From the NCBI RefSeq assembly GCF_038025025.1, contig NW_027117338.1, forward strand, positions 992,001-1,056,000: a stretch of 64,000 nt of DNA, written 5' to 3'. Under the pieces are notes generated by a model. The model was not told where the DNA came from, ran no database searches, and saw only the letters and a program-made list of their open reading frames with translations. Positions 25,636 through 36,027 of this stretch are shown one piece after another (the first letter of the stretch is position 1; every line of letters begins with the position of its first letter). The DNA is from Phyllosticta citribraziliensis (lineage: Eukaryota). The position numbers and the translations under genes are program-made.

Positions 25636-28600
25636 CTACTCTTGGAGACTCTCGTCCCACCCGCCTCGGTCCTCCAAGAACTCCTTGACCCTGTCCATGC
25701 AACCTTCCAACCCTTTGCCCAGTGCCTCGCTCCACTGCCCTTCCACAGTGCTCACCTTTTCCTTCAAATCAAGCGTGAGACGCTCCTCTTCGTCACCCCG
25801 AATGGCCGCGATCTCGCCCTCGACCGTCGCGCCATCTTCGCCCTCTTGCGTCCGCTGCGTGCAAAACAACCTCGTATTGGCCGTCATGGCCGCCGTCTTG
25901 ACCTCGTGCAGCAAGCAGAGTAGATTGGTCTGGCTCTCGATGAACTGGTATGCGCTCCGTCGAGCGTGGACGAGCACGCTGAACAGGTATTGCAAGGGAA
26001 AGTCGGCGTACTGCGGATTCTCGGCCATCTCCTGCGCCGGAATGGCGATCTGAAAGGCGTCGCTAAGCCGCTCGGGAACCTTTTGAACTACGGCTAGCAG
26101 GCCAGGCGCAATGTCCCAGAAGGCGGATAGTTGATCCTCCACTCCCCGCGTGACGTTTTGCTCAATGGTGGAGAGCAGGTCTTCAGAGCGGAGTAGAGCC
26201 TCTTTTTCGTAGCTGAGCTTGCGCTCCGATGAGTCGCCGTTGAAGAAAGCTTCTGCCTCGCGCATTTTCTCGGTGTTGTTGGCAGCTTTGTACGGAGTGA
26301 GGACGACCGTCTTGTAGAGCTCGTTCCGTTCGCCTTCGAGCTCAAACAAGTCCTTGTGCAGGTTCTCCCGTGCCTCGAAGAGCCATTTCAGCAGCGTCAA
26401 CTTCTCGAGAATCTCAGGCTGGTTGTCTCCTTCTTCCAGGCTCTGATTTGGCGAGGCCATCTGCGCATCGTTGCACAGCCCGCTTCGGACGTGTTCAATG
26501 CAAGCCGTGGCTTTGCGCACGCGCTCCGAGAGTAACGCGTGCAGGGGCGTCATCACATCTTTCTGGAACATATCAAACTCCTGCTGCACTCGTCGTTGCG
26601 TAATCTGCGCTTCTGTCACTTCGAATTCTGCTTCTGCCTTGGCTGCTTCAGCAAAGGTAATTTCGCCTGCGCGTACTTTTGCTGAGATTTCCTCTCGAAG
26701 CTCAGCACGCCTTGACCTCTCCCCTTGCAATCCTCTTTCGCGAAGGGCACCACCTGTTGTGGTATATTTTTCCTTGATCTGCTTGGCATCCTCGAGCTCG
26801 TGGAACGAACGCAAGTTTGCACGGATCGGCGCAAGGTCAGGGTGGTTGTTATTGACTGCAGGGTGGTGGCGCGGGTACGGCGGTGGCAGAGTCACGAGGC
26901 GGCTGACATCCAGTTTCCTCGGATCTGGCGTGCTTGGCGCACTCGAAAGCCCGTGGAACTCCCATTGACTTGGCGATGAAGATGGCGGTGGTTCAATCTT
27001 TTCTGGGGGATACGAACTCCCTGGCCAGCGGGCCGCAGTGTTGCTGGGCCCGGGCAAGGAGGCTTCGGGTTGGAATGAGTCCTGAACCTCGGCGAGATCT
27101 GAAAGTGCGACTCCCATGTACTTGCTTTCTCGTTTGCTTCTTTCAAGTTTGATGCGGTCGTTGCCGTTTGAACCGTCGGCACTGCCCTCCCACCAGCGGC
27201 TAGCCGAGCGACCTCGGGAATTCTCTTCGTCAGGAACTGTGCTCATTGCCATGCTTGGGATAGGGGAAAGACAGGGCTGCCAGCCGCCTTGACTGTCGCC
27301 TCGAGCGCGGCCAGGCTGGAAGCGAGGGCTCCCTCCATGACTTGCAGCGCTACTAACGCTGAGTGGGGACTCTGAGGCTGAAATCTGTGGATGGGGACTA
27401 TATCCAGGGGAAGAGGTCGAGATGCTCGCATAAGACTGGCTCTCTGAGACCGACGACGAAACAGAGTCCTTGCGCTCAGTTGGCCTGTCGAGAGACATGT
27501 TTGGGGTCGTGCTTCTACGGCCTGTGGAGGGAGTCTTGTAGCTCCGCCACATGTCCCTGGTGAGATCCAGGATATCGCTCGCCATGGCATCGAATGCTCC
27601 TGAGTATCGGTCTCGACGCAGTCGCGATTCGTTGACAATGAAGTCAGCAAATAGTTCCAATCGTTCCTGATCTGTTGCTGCGGCAGTTTCACGTTCGATG
27701 AATGAACGGTGTCTTTCTAACGCTGCTGTAGCGAACATTTCTTGGTCTGTTGGCCGTCCAGACCCTAAGCTCTTACTGCCCGACACGGAAATAGAGGCGG
27801 AAGGGGATGAACGGGAAGGTAACAACGGGACCGGCATTGGAACATTGTCGTTTGGTGTATGCAATATATGAGACAAAGGCCTGTCTTGTGGTGTCGAAAG
27901 TGACGACATCGTGGAGATCATTGGAGCAGAATGGGGTGGCGACGTAGGTAGTGTCTTGAGCGACTGGGCTGGGGCAGTTTTACTTCGGGGTTCGCGTTCG
28001 AGTACCTCTTTTCTCGGAGAAAACGGCGGCGTGGGCGCAGAGAAGCCAAAGGCAGAAGGACATGTTATCAGTCTGTGAGGTGTCTGACGTGGCGTAGAGT
28101 GACTTGACCGCGGCAAGTCTCCAAACGACTTGCTCGATTTAGCGCTCGGCTGTCCACTTGCAGGGGAGTAAAAGTCCCGCCCGCTATTTGGCGTAGGCAG
28201 CTTATTCTTTCGCCTTTGACTGATGGCGCCCTCATTGGAGGCGAGTACCAGATTTGCTGGCCGAGCTGGCTCCATTGCAGCAAACCAGGGGTTGTTACTC
28301 GGTTCGATAGCGGTTAGGATTTCGCCAGCACGTTCGCGAGCGGCACGACTCTCGCTGCGCCTCTCTCGAATACCTCTTGCGCTAGGGTCTCGCAGTGCAG
28401 GCTGACGATCGAGATCACTGCAGGATCCTGACGTTGCTGGTTGTGCCGTTTGAAACTCATCTGCCGCGATATTTTGCTCTGACTGATGGGGGTCTGCCGT
28501 TGTGACACGCAGAGATCTACTGCAAGGCGATCTAGAACGATTGCGCGCTTCTTCCTCAGTCCAGTCGGCTGGGGTTGGGGGAATAGGCCCAAGAGTGCTA

Positions 28601-29977
28601 GCATGCCGGTGAGGTCTCCGTGGTTCCGGCATCGACAACTCGGCAGGTGATATACGGGAAGAAAGCTCGGCGGCTCTATTGGTGCTTTGTGAGCGCGAGC
28701 CACTTGGCGGCGGCCCAGGTGGTGGAGGGGGAAGAGGCATGCCCGGTTCCCACGCAGCAGCTCTCGCCTGGGAAACGTGGTCTTCATTTCTGATAGAGGT
28801 CCCGATTGCGCCGGTAGATGCAGCACGGCGGGAAGCTGGAGGGCGCCCAACACTCTCTGGGCTCCAGGGCACCTGTCTCTGGGGTGGAGCAATCTCATAC
28901 GGCCTGGAAATGTCAGCTTGTCAGTGCGAGATGGCAAAGTTGACTTACATTGTTCCCGCTCCCGTGTTCAGAGCCGGAGTCCTCAGGAGGGCTTCGGTGG
29001 TCTGATGTTGCAGGCTGTCGATCGCATTAAAGGACACAGGCTGTTCGGACGGTCCTCCTCGACTTCTCAGAGCGGAAAAGCTGAACCTGGGATTTCTCTC
29101 TTTCGGCCGAGATGAGGAGCGATCTCGTCCATTGCGTGGAGGAGGTGGAGGAAATGCTGCTGAAGGCAGCGCCGGGGAAGACGTCAGGGTTCCTGAAGCA
29201 CCAACAGGCCGAGGACGTCCACTTGTTCCAACAGAGGGCGTCCCGGTAATTGGCAAGCCTTGATCTAGGGGTCCGATCCTTGAACCCGAGGCTTGAGGCG
29301 CTGGGAATGCTCCGCCCGATAGCACCGGCGATGGGTTCACAGACTGCGATAGACTGTTTCTGGGATTTGGAGAGTACGGTGGCGGTGGAGAAGGTAAATT
29401 CGCTGATGAAGCTCAGACTCAGCATTTTGTGTAGTGGGAGGAGCAAGTGAAGAAGAAACATAACTTTCGACACGAAGGGAAGAATGGTCCAAATATTTGG
29501 TAGTATCGAAAGAATAGTCTTACCTTCCATGCCAGTTGCTTCCACCGTTCCCCTCATGGCGCTTGAAGATACAGAGTGGGGTACATATTGGCCACTGACG
29601 GGACCAGATCGACTCCACTCCTGCGGGTTGTAGGAGGCCACCATAGATGTCGCACGGTAAGCCATTGGTGATGTTCCCCTTGACGCGCTCGAAGGAGCGG
29701 GAGAGTTGTGGAGAGAAACGCCTCTATTGGACGCAAGCATTGGGGAGAAGGGGGTACTTGAGGGCGTAATGGCAGAGACGGAAGTCTGCAGGGACAGTGT
29801 CCCTTGTTGCTGCTGCGACCCAAACAAGCCGTTTGTTGTGAGAGCTGGCGGTGGCACAGCGATGCGCCTTTGAGAAGCAGAACCAGACGACGGGGAAGGC
29901 CGTGCTACAGCTGGCACTATCGCAGGGGAAACTCCTGAGGCCAGTGGAGGAAGCGTGACCGGAATGTTGGAACTCAT
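25636..29977 (-). CDS. Large hypothetical protein (~1390 aa): Pro/Ser-rich disordered N-half, helical/coiled-coil C-half
   Basis: Exons 29977-29524, 29402-28949, 28903-25636 join in frame; C-terminal blocks LDVSRLVTLPPPYPRHHPAVNNNHPDL, LLKWLFEARE, AYQFIESQTNLLCLLHEVK. Confidence 0.85.
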
Positions 29978-30990
29978 GGCGCAGCAGGATACAGCCTTAC
30001 TTTTGCGAGGCGCTTCTCGACTGCAAAGCTGCTTGCCTGGCTGTATTCCGTCGGCTTGGAAAAGCAGTGTTCAGCGGCTGCTGGAACAAATTGCGCTGCG
30101 CAACACACGAGGAGTGGAAGAGGCGCTGCAGCTCAAATCATCCCTTGTGCATATGCCACCGAGCGAGGGCGTAAAAGTTGTCTGATGTGTGACCAAAAAA
30201 TGGTTCCTGGAACAAGAGTCTAGCTGCCGGCTGCATAAAAGGAGTAGCTAGAAGAAAGACTTGGTGGTGGATATAGAAACGCCATTCGCCCAAGCTCTGC
30301 CCGCATTGGACGCGGGAGGCGGGCAAGCGGGTGTGCTTGAACATGGTTGCCAACGTTGGTCGCGCGGCCATGCCCCCAATGGCGATAGAAGCAGATCGAC
30401 CTTGCAGAAGCGAGGGTCTCCGAGCAGGGGATGAGACGAATAAGAGAACCAGACGCAAACCTCTCAGCTGCGTGGGAGGGATGTGCAGTAAGGTGGACAA
30501 GGCCGGGCGCTTAATCCTGATCCTCGGTGTGACCGTTCTGGGGGCCGTTGACAGAAGCCGCGGCGCGATGGAACACAAAAAATGGGAGGGAAAAAGCCAC
30601 AGCGCGAACCTCAACAAGCCTGCGTGATGTTTGACGCGCAGGTTTCAAGTGCTGTGTGTTGTTGAAGAGGTGTTGTCGTGAGTGGAAGGTTTCCCACCAG
30701 AACAGTGCTAAAAATAGCCACTCCGAGCGGGACTGCCGCAACGCACGCGAGCGTGGGCTAGATAGGCCCCTCCACTCCCCTCGTCGCTCAAACCACGGCA
30801 CATGCAGATAGTCGGGTGATGTGGACGCAAAAGATGGAATCACGACTGCCATGTTGCGCTTGAAACCCGAAGTTCATTCGAACATGACATTATTCAGCTA
30901 CAGACCCCAACTTGCCCCAATCCGAACCTAACAATTTGCTTTACGCCAGTCATAATGCATACAGGTATCAAGAGTTCCGAGATTCACCAC

Positions 30991-32201
30991 CTATTTCAGG
31001 TACCCGTGCTTCTTGTGGACGTCGATGACCTTCTGGACCTCGTCATGGCTACCCATGAAAATGCCCGATCGGTCGTGGATGTGTTGTGGAACGACTTCGA
31101 GCATCCGCTCCATCTTGCTGTTCACAGCTTGTCCACCGGCTGCCAATCGTCAGTACATGTACATGAGCAGCCTGCGGAGCACTTACCATTCTCGAAAACC
31201 ATGGCCATGGGACCACATTCGTACAAGATTCGCAGCTTGCCCTTGGGGCTCTTCTTGTCGGCTGGATAGGCAAAGATGCCACCATACAGGAGCGTTCGGT
31301 AGGCATCTGCTACCATGGATCCGATATATCTGGCGCTGTAAGGCTTGCCGCCTTCCGTGACCGGGTGCTTCAGGCTGTCGATGTATTCCTTGACAGGCTC
31401 CTCCCAGTACAGGCTGTTGCCCTCATTCACCGAGTAGATGGCGCGTGTCTTCGGGATCCGCATGTTGGGGTGCGTAAGGATAAACTCGCCAAGGGAGCTG
31501 TCGAGGGTGAAGCCGTTGACACCACCACCCTTCATCGTCATGACCAGCTGCGCCGAGGCACCATACATGGTGAATCCACTCGCGACGAGCTCAGTTCCCG
31601 GCTGCAGAATGTCTTCCTTCACCCCCTTTGCGCCCTCGGCAAGTCTGAAGATTGCGAAAATGGTTCCGACTGACACACCCGCGTCCAGGTTGGAGGATCC
31701 GTCGATGGGATCGCACGCGACAGCGTATCTTGCGTCGGGGTATTCCTCGAAGGTGATTGCCTCTTCTTCTTCCTCTGATACGAGCAACCGAACCTTGCCG
31801 CTGCTCCGCATGGCCGAGATGAACAGGTCATTTCCAATAACGTCGAGCTTCTTCTGCTCATCGCCAGTTGTGTTCGAAGATCCCGCCAGACCAGAAAGCT
31901 ATCGGAGCGTCAGCCGACGACCCGGCGGCAGGGAGAGAAGGTGCTTACGTTGATCAGGGAGGCTCTCCGGATGTAGTAGGAAATGCTCTTGAAAGCAAAC
32001 TGCAGTGCGTGGCACAGGAGCCTGCGCCATTGTCAGTCAAGGGAAACACAGGGCCGGGGAGGAGTATGCGCACGTAAAGTCTCCCGTTGCCTCCTTGACC
32101 TTGACTTGCTCCTCGGTCAAGAATCTGGTGATGGTGATGATCTCTGTGTTGATCTTCTCCTGGCCGACAGGGCCGGAGCTGGTTTCGCCATTGGTAGTCA
32201 T
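30991..32201 (-). CDS. FBP1: Fructose-1,6-bisphosphatase, ~353 aa, 4 exons
   Basis: Exons 32201-32074, 32021-31949, 31898-31187, 31139-30991; GDEQKKLDV, DPIDGSSN, ARYIGSMVAD, GKLRILYE. Confidence 0.97.
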
Positions 32202-33532
32202 TTTGAGTGGGAGTAGTTGGTTGCAACGAAGTTGACGAGCGTTGGAGGGGTATCAAGAAAAGGTGGTGGGATGAAGAGGGGTCGTCTGGGGGCAAAGCTG
32301 TTGAAGTAGGCAAGGCTCTCGTCGAAGCTGGACGGCGGATATGAAGTAATGGAGTGGGTACAGCTGGGGTCGGGATCGCGGAGAGTAGCTCGGTCCAGGA
32401 TTTAGGGCTCGTGGTTGGGTCGCTCCTCCTCGGCAACAGTGGGAAAAAGAACGGGTCCCAAAGATCTTCAATTGATGTCACGATGAACTGGCGTGGAGGC
32501 GCTCAAGCTGGATTGGGACCTTGCCACGGCCACGGGCAGCAGATCTATATATGCGTCTGGGTCCTTGGACAGATGGCCCTTGAACGCGCAACGTACATTG
32601 CGCTGCAGTTGCTGATGGCCGAATGAAAGGGTGAGGGGCAACGGAGGCGGGCACGCGGGGTCGCGTCGAGCTTAGAGCTTGAGAAGCTCAGCCGCCACAT
32701 GCGCTCCAGCTCCCGACATCTCCCGCTCGACCGGCGGGCTGGACAGCGGCTTCGAGCCTAGACTGGGGCTTGCCGCCCGTCACGACAACGTCGAAAGTGT
32801 CCTCGTCGCGGAGCGTTCAGGAAAAATACACTCCCGTGTCTTTTCCGAGCTCGGGTGAAGACGAAGCTCGCGCGTTTGGGAGCATCCATGGCCTTCCGTG
32901 TCGGCACGCGTTCGGCGAGGTTTGAGCTGCTTCTGGCCTGGCAGGACGCTCAGGGATAGAGTCAGGAGTGTCCTCGCGGTGAGATTTGGCCGAGGAGCGA
33001 ATGCAAGCAGCTGCAGGGACTGTTGTCTGTCCTTTGGACCTTTTGCGCATTGGCGATGACAAAGGGGGCGGAAAACTCAGAGTGCGGCGTTGGCGAGCAG
33101 GGAGCCAGACAGGCGATGACGCTTGTCATGACCAAGAAGATGGTGTTGAGTCGCAGGCCTGATCAGTAACCAGGCAGGTCGCTGACCTGAAGCGGCCCAG
33201 ACCTGGAAACCCCAGCCCAGGGCAGCCCAGGGCAGCTGGACGGCACCCGACGTCATTGCGTTCCCGATCGGGTGGAGTCTGGGGCGCGGGCGCCGGTCGG
33301 CTTCGGCCCGGGGACGGCGCTGAGTTGGGTTGGGCGACGATTCGCCGCTAAGCGACAGAAATTTGTCCCTCCATCCAACAAAAGTCGTCGACAGACCTAA
33401 CTCTGTCCCTCCCACTCCATCATCCCACCACTCTCACCACAGCAGAGCTCACAATGAAGACGGGCGGCTGAGTGGCTGCTTTGTCGGCGCTGGCCTCACA
33501 GGTAAGACTCCCTCTCCTCTCCCCCCCCCCTG

Positions 33533-33627
33533 CTTCGATGATGAAAAGCAATACCACAATCAAACTAGAGTCTTTGATCTCTATCGAGAAATGAAACTTG
33601 AACTTGCTTGCACGTCAGTCTGAGAAG
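33533..33627 (+). ncRNA. snR78/snR72: Box C/D snoRNA with both snR78-type (D') and snR72-type (D) guides
   Basis: C ATGATGA 33538-33544; guide CAAACTAGAGTC + D' TTGA (25S GACUCUAGUUUG, yeast Um2421); guide TTGCACGTCAG + D CTGA 33620-33623 (25S CUGACGUGCAA, yeast Am876); terminal stem CTTC/GAAG. Confidence 0.9.
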
Positions 33628-33778
33628 TCTCAAAGCCGCCATGTTCATTCAGACATGATGCGACCGCAGCTAACGCCTGTCAAGCAGTCAGACATCCCAT
33701 CTTGCGACTTCGCGACCGTTGCGCGCACCGCCAACTTCCTGTACGTATCTCGACTCCCATCTCTCCCGTCCCACAAGC

Positions 33779-33867
33779 CCACAAGATGATCATCGTGTTT
33801 ACACGCTGGAAATTACCGTCAGAGACCTTCGGGTTTTAGAAGATAACAATAGGCTGTTTCTGAGCAA
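33779..33867 (+). ncRNA. snR77: Box C/D snoRNA snR77 homolog (18S Um578 equivalent)
   Basis: C-like AAGATGA 33783-33789; guide GCTGGAAATTACCG + D' CAGA versus 18S CGGUAAUUCCAGC; D CTGA 33860-33863. Confidence 0.85.
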
Positions 33868-33992
33868 GCTTTTCACACGCGCATTGACATTCATCGCACC
33901 GTTGGACCAGCTGCTAACGGCTCACAGATCTAGGAGCTGAAGGCCTGGTTTCCTTACGGTACGATCTTGCCTTCCCAGCTATTTCGAATCAT

Positions 33993-34080
33993 CTCGAATG
34001 ATGAATGGCACTGGGCTCCGAACAGCATGACGGATACGCCCCATCGCGGCAGGCCTAGAAAACCTCGCCCACTGATCTCG
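33993..34080 (+). ncRNA. snR76: Box C/D snoRNA snR76 homolog (25S Cm2197 equivalent)
   Basis: C ATGATGA 33998-34004; guide GCACTGGGC + D' CCGA versus 25S GCCCAGUGC; internal GGCCTAGAAAAC as in yeast snR76; D CTGA 34072-34075. Confidence 0.88.
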
Positions 34081-34230
34081 CACCGGCACACTCGCTATTT
34101 CAGTATCATGGCTAGTTCTCAAGCTGAGACATGAATTTCAGGCAGCACAATGGCGTTATCACCCAGCATCGCCGTCGATTCTCCCACGAGTGGTAAGTCA
34201 CGAGAGCTTATTTCTTTTCGCAAAACACGA

Positions 34231-34322
34231 CCATCATGATGAACCCTTAGATGACGAGTCTTATCGGGGTTTCCCATGCAGACAACACTTTTTCAAATAC
34301 CATTCATGCCTAACTGAATTTT
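34231..34322 (+). ncRNA. snR75: Box C/D snoRNA snR75 homolog (25S Gm2288 equivalent)
   Basis: C ATGATGA 34236-34242; guide TTAGATGACGAG + D' CTTA versus 25S CUCGUCAUCUAA; second element CCATTCATGC; D CTGA 34314-34317. Confidence 0.9.
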
Positions 34323-34445
34323 CGGTCAAAATCTTGTTGCTTTACTTGGGTCTTTGTCGACGCATTCTAACAAGTCACAGACCCAAACCGCTCCTGTAGT
34401 CGTCGCATTGAAGAGTACGTCTCGCGCCGTCGAAGTCCTTTGAAC

Positions 34446-34527
34446 TCAACATGATGAAACGACATTACAAATTGACAAGCATATGTCCAAGCCCTAGGGC
34501 GAAGACGAGACTGTCTTTTCTGAATCC
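34446..34527 (+). ncRNA. snR74: Box C/D snoRNA snR74 homolog (18S Am28 equivalent)
   Basis: C ATGATGA 34451-34457; guide GACAAGCATATG + D' CCAA versus 18S CAUAUGCUUGUC; hairpin GCCC-TA-GGGC; D CTGA 34520-34523. Confidence 0.9.
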
Positions 34528-34667
34528 ATCACCGAGAGATCAGTCCAGAATGCTGAAAAGGGTTTCTGGGCTAACATGAGACCTCAGGATTTTGAAGAAT
34601 TGGTGGGACCCGAAAAGTCTTCACAACTTCGACAGGTACGTATCCACAACATCATCTTCTCTCCCCT

Positions 34668-34763
34668 TTTACATGATGATTCTTTTTCAATCTCACGACG
34701 GTCGACATAGCCACACGTTGGCATTGATGAGAACGCCCGCTGACACGGGCTTAATCTGAAAAC
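34668..34763 (+). ncRNA. snR73: Box C/D snoRNA snR73 homolog (25S Cm2959 equivalent)
   Basis: C ATGATGA 34673-34679; guide TCTCACGACGGTC + D' CATA versus 25S GACCGUCGUGAGA; C' TTGATGA 34724-34730; hairpin GCCCG-CTGACA-CGGGC; D CTGA 34756-34759. Confidence 0.9.
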
Positions 34764-35465
34764 CATTCATGTCATTACTTGCTTCGAACTCTTTGAGAAT
34801 CTCGCTGACATGTTCTTCAGATCCACCGTCCTTGTGACTTGGTCGCTTCCACGTGTTGGGTTTTTCAATGATCATTTCGCCTTGCGCGGGAGGTTGTAGA
34901 GAAACACGTTGGGTCATGCTCATGGCACTGTTCTTAATGCTTGTGCTGGAGTCATCCAATGTACAAGATCCACGCCATGATACCTTTGCATGCTGCTCGA
35001 GTTTGAATGTTTAGATGTTGGTATTGGCTGCCGCTCTGCACAAAGCAACCAAGATCTATGCTTCCCACGCTGTCTAGCCCCTTGTTCAATGCTGTGTCTA
35101 GCCTGATCGTCCTTCTCCAACGCCACCTTTTTGTACATGACGTAGTTGCTCGTCTCACGGCTCGATCTTTTTGAACACCAATGCCTTGTCCTGCCATAGC
35201 CATTCGCGAGATGACCTTGAGATACTGTCGTGGAGACCCGTTCATTCGCTCTGCGGCCCAAATTATACCATCACGGTGGGTGTCGAAGGAAATGGGACCT
35301 CCTGGCAATGCGAGCGCATCTGGGGGAGAATTCCTTTACTGCCACAGTTGCGTTATGGAGCGTTTAGCTGTAGCTGCGCTCAGGGAGCCGTCACTCATTT
35401 CCGCGGCCACACTCAGGGAGTCTGTCTCATTTCTTTCGACGCCCACTGTGCCATTGCCCATCCCA

Positions 35466-35828
35466 CTATGATCCAGACTCTTTGGATCCCCCCTCGAGAG
35501 TCGGTAGGTCCATGCCAACCCTCCTCGCCGAGAGCCGAACGCGCTCCTCGTCGGTCAGATTCGCTCCGGGGTTGTAGCGTTCGACCAAGGTGATGTACAT
35601 GCGCTGCGCTCTTGCGTATTGCGCATACTGTTCCGTCTCCTCGACGGACGGCGTGCGCACGGGCTGCTGCTCAGCTGGGGTCTGGAGCGAGCTTCGGATG
35701 TGGTGTTGCAGTGGCGAAGGGTTCGAGAGTATGGATTGCGAGGCGCGCGTGCTGGCGGCGTGTTTTGCCGGGCGCGATGGTAGCTCGCGCAGGAGGCGTC
35801 GATAGAGGGAGCGGAGTTGCGGAGACAT
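35466..35828 (-). CDS. FMC1: Mitochondrial ATP synthase assembly factor Fmc1 (LYR family)
   Basis: LRSLYRRLLRELP N-terminus and YARAQRMYITLVERYNPG...EERVRLSARRVGMDLP C-terminus. Confidence 0.9.
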   Translation of the reverse strand: MSPQLRSLYRRLLRELPSRPAKHAASTRASQSILSNPSPLQHHIRSSLQTPAEQQPVRTPSVEETEQYAQYARAQRMYITLVERYNPGANLTDEERVRLSARRVGMDLPTLEGGSKESGS

Positions 35829-36027
35829 GCTGGACTAGCTCTGAGCCGGGTTTGAGGGCTGTTGGATAGGTTGGAGGCGCTAGGTAGAGCAATCAGGCGG
35901 ATGTGGGTGCGTGTAGTGGTGGAGAGAGATATGCGGATAATTTGCGGAGAAGCGGCGGTATGTTTTCTCCTCCGATCACCAGCTCCCACCCGACACTTTT
36001 CTCTCCAAACATTCTACGCCCCTTGCA

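Larger units (their letters stand above)
33421..34900 (+). ncRNA. Spliced snoRNA host gene with six snoRNA-bearing introns (transcript ends approximate)
   Basis: Introns 33502-33687, 33741-33927, 33959-34141, 34193-34380, 34415-34587, 34636-34820, each with GTA(A/C)G donor, CTRAY-type branch and CAG acceptor; internal exons 31-53 nt; no long ORF. Confidence 0.9.

Noticed and set aside
32280..32500. Several SYGGRG (CreA-type) words upstream of FBP1
   Set aside because: Biologically plausible, but the motif is too degenerate in GC-rich DNA; I found no CCG-N7-CCG AcuK/AcuM site to support it.
34821..35460. Possible seventh snoRNA (stand-alone snR72) after snR73
   Set aside because: No donor/branch/acceptor set, no convincing C box plus guide, and the snR72 guide already sits in the first snoRNA.
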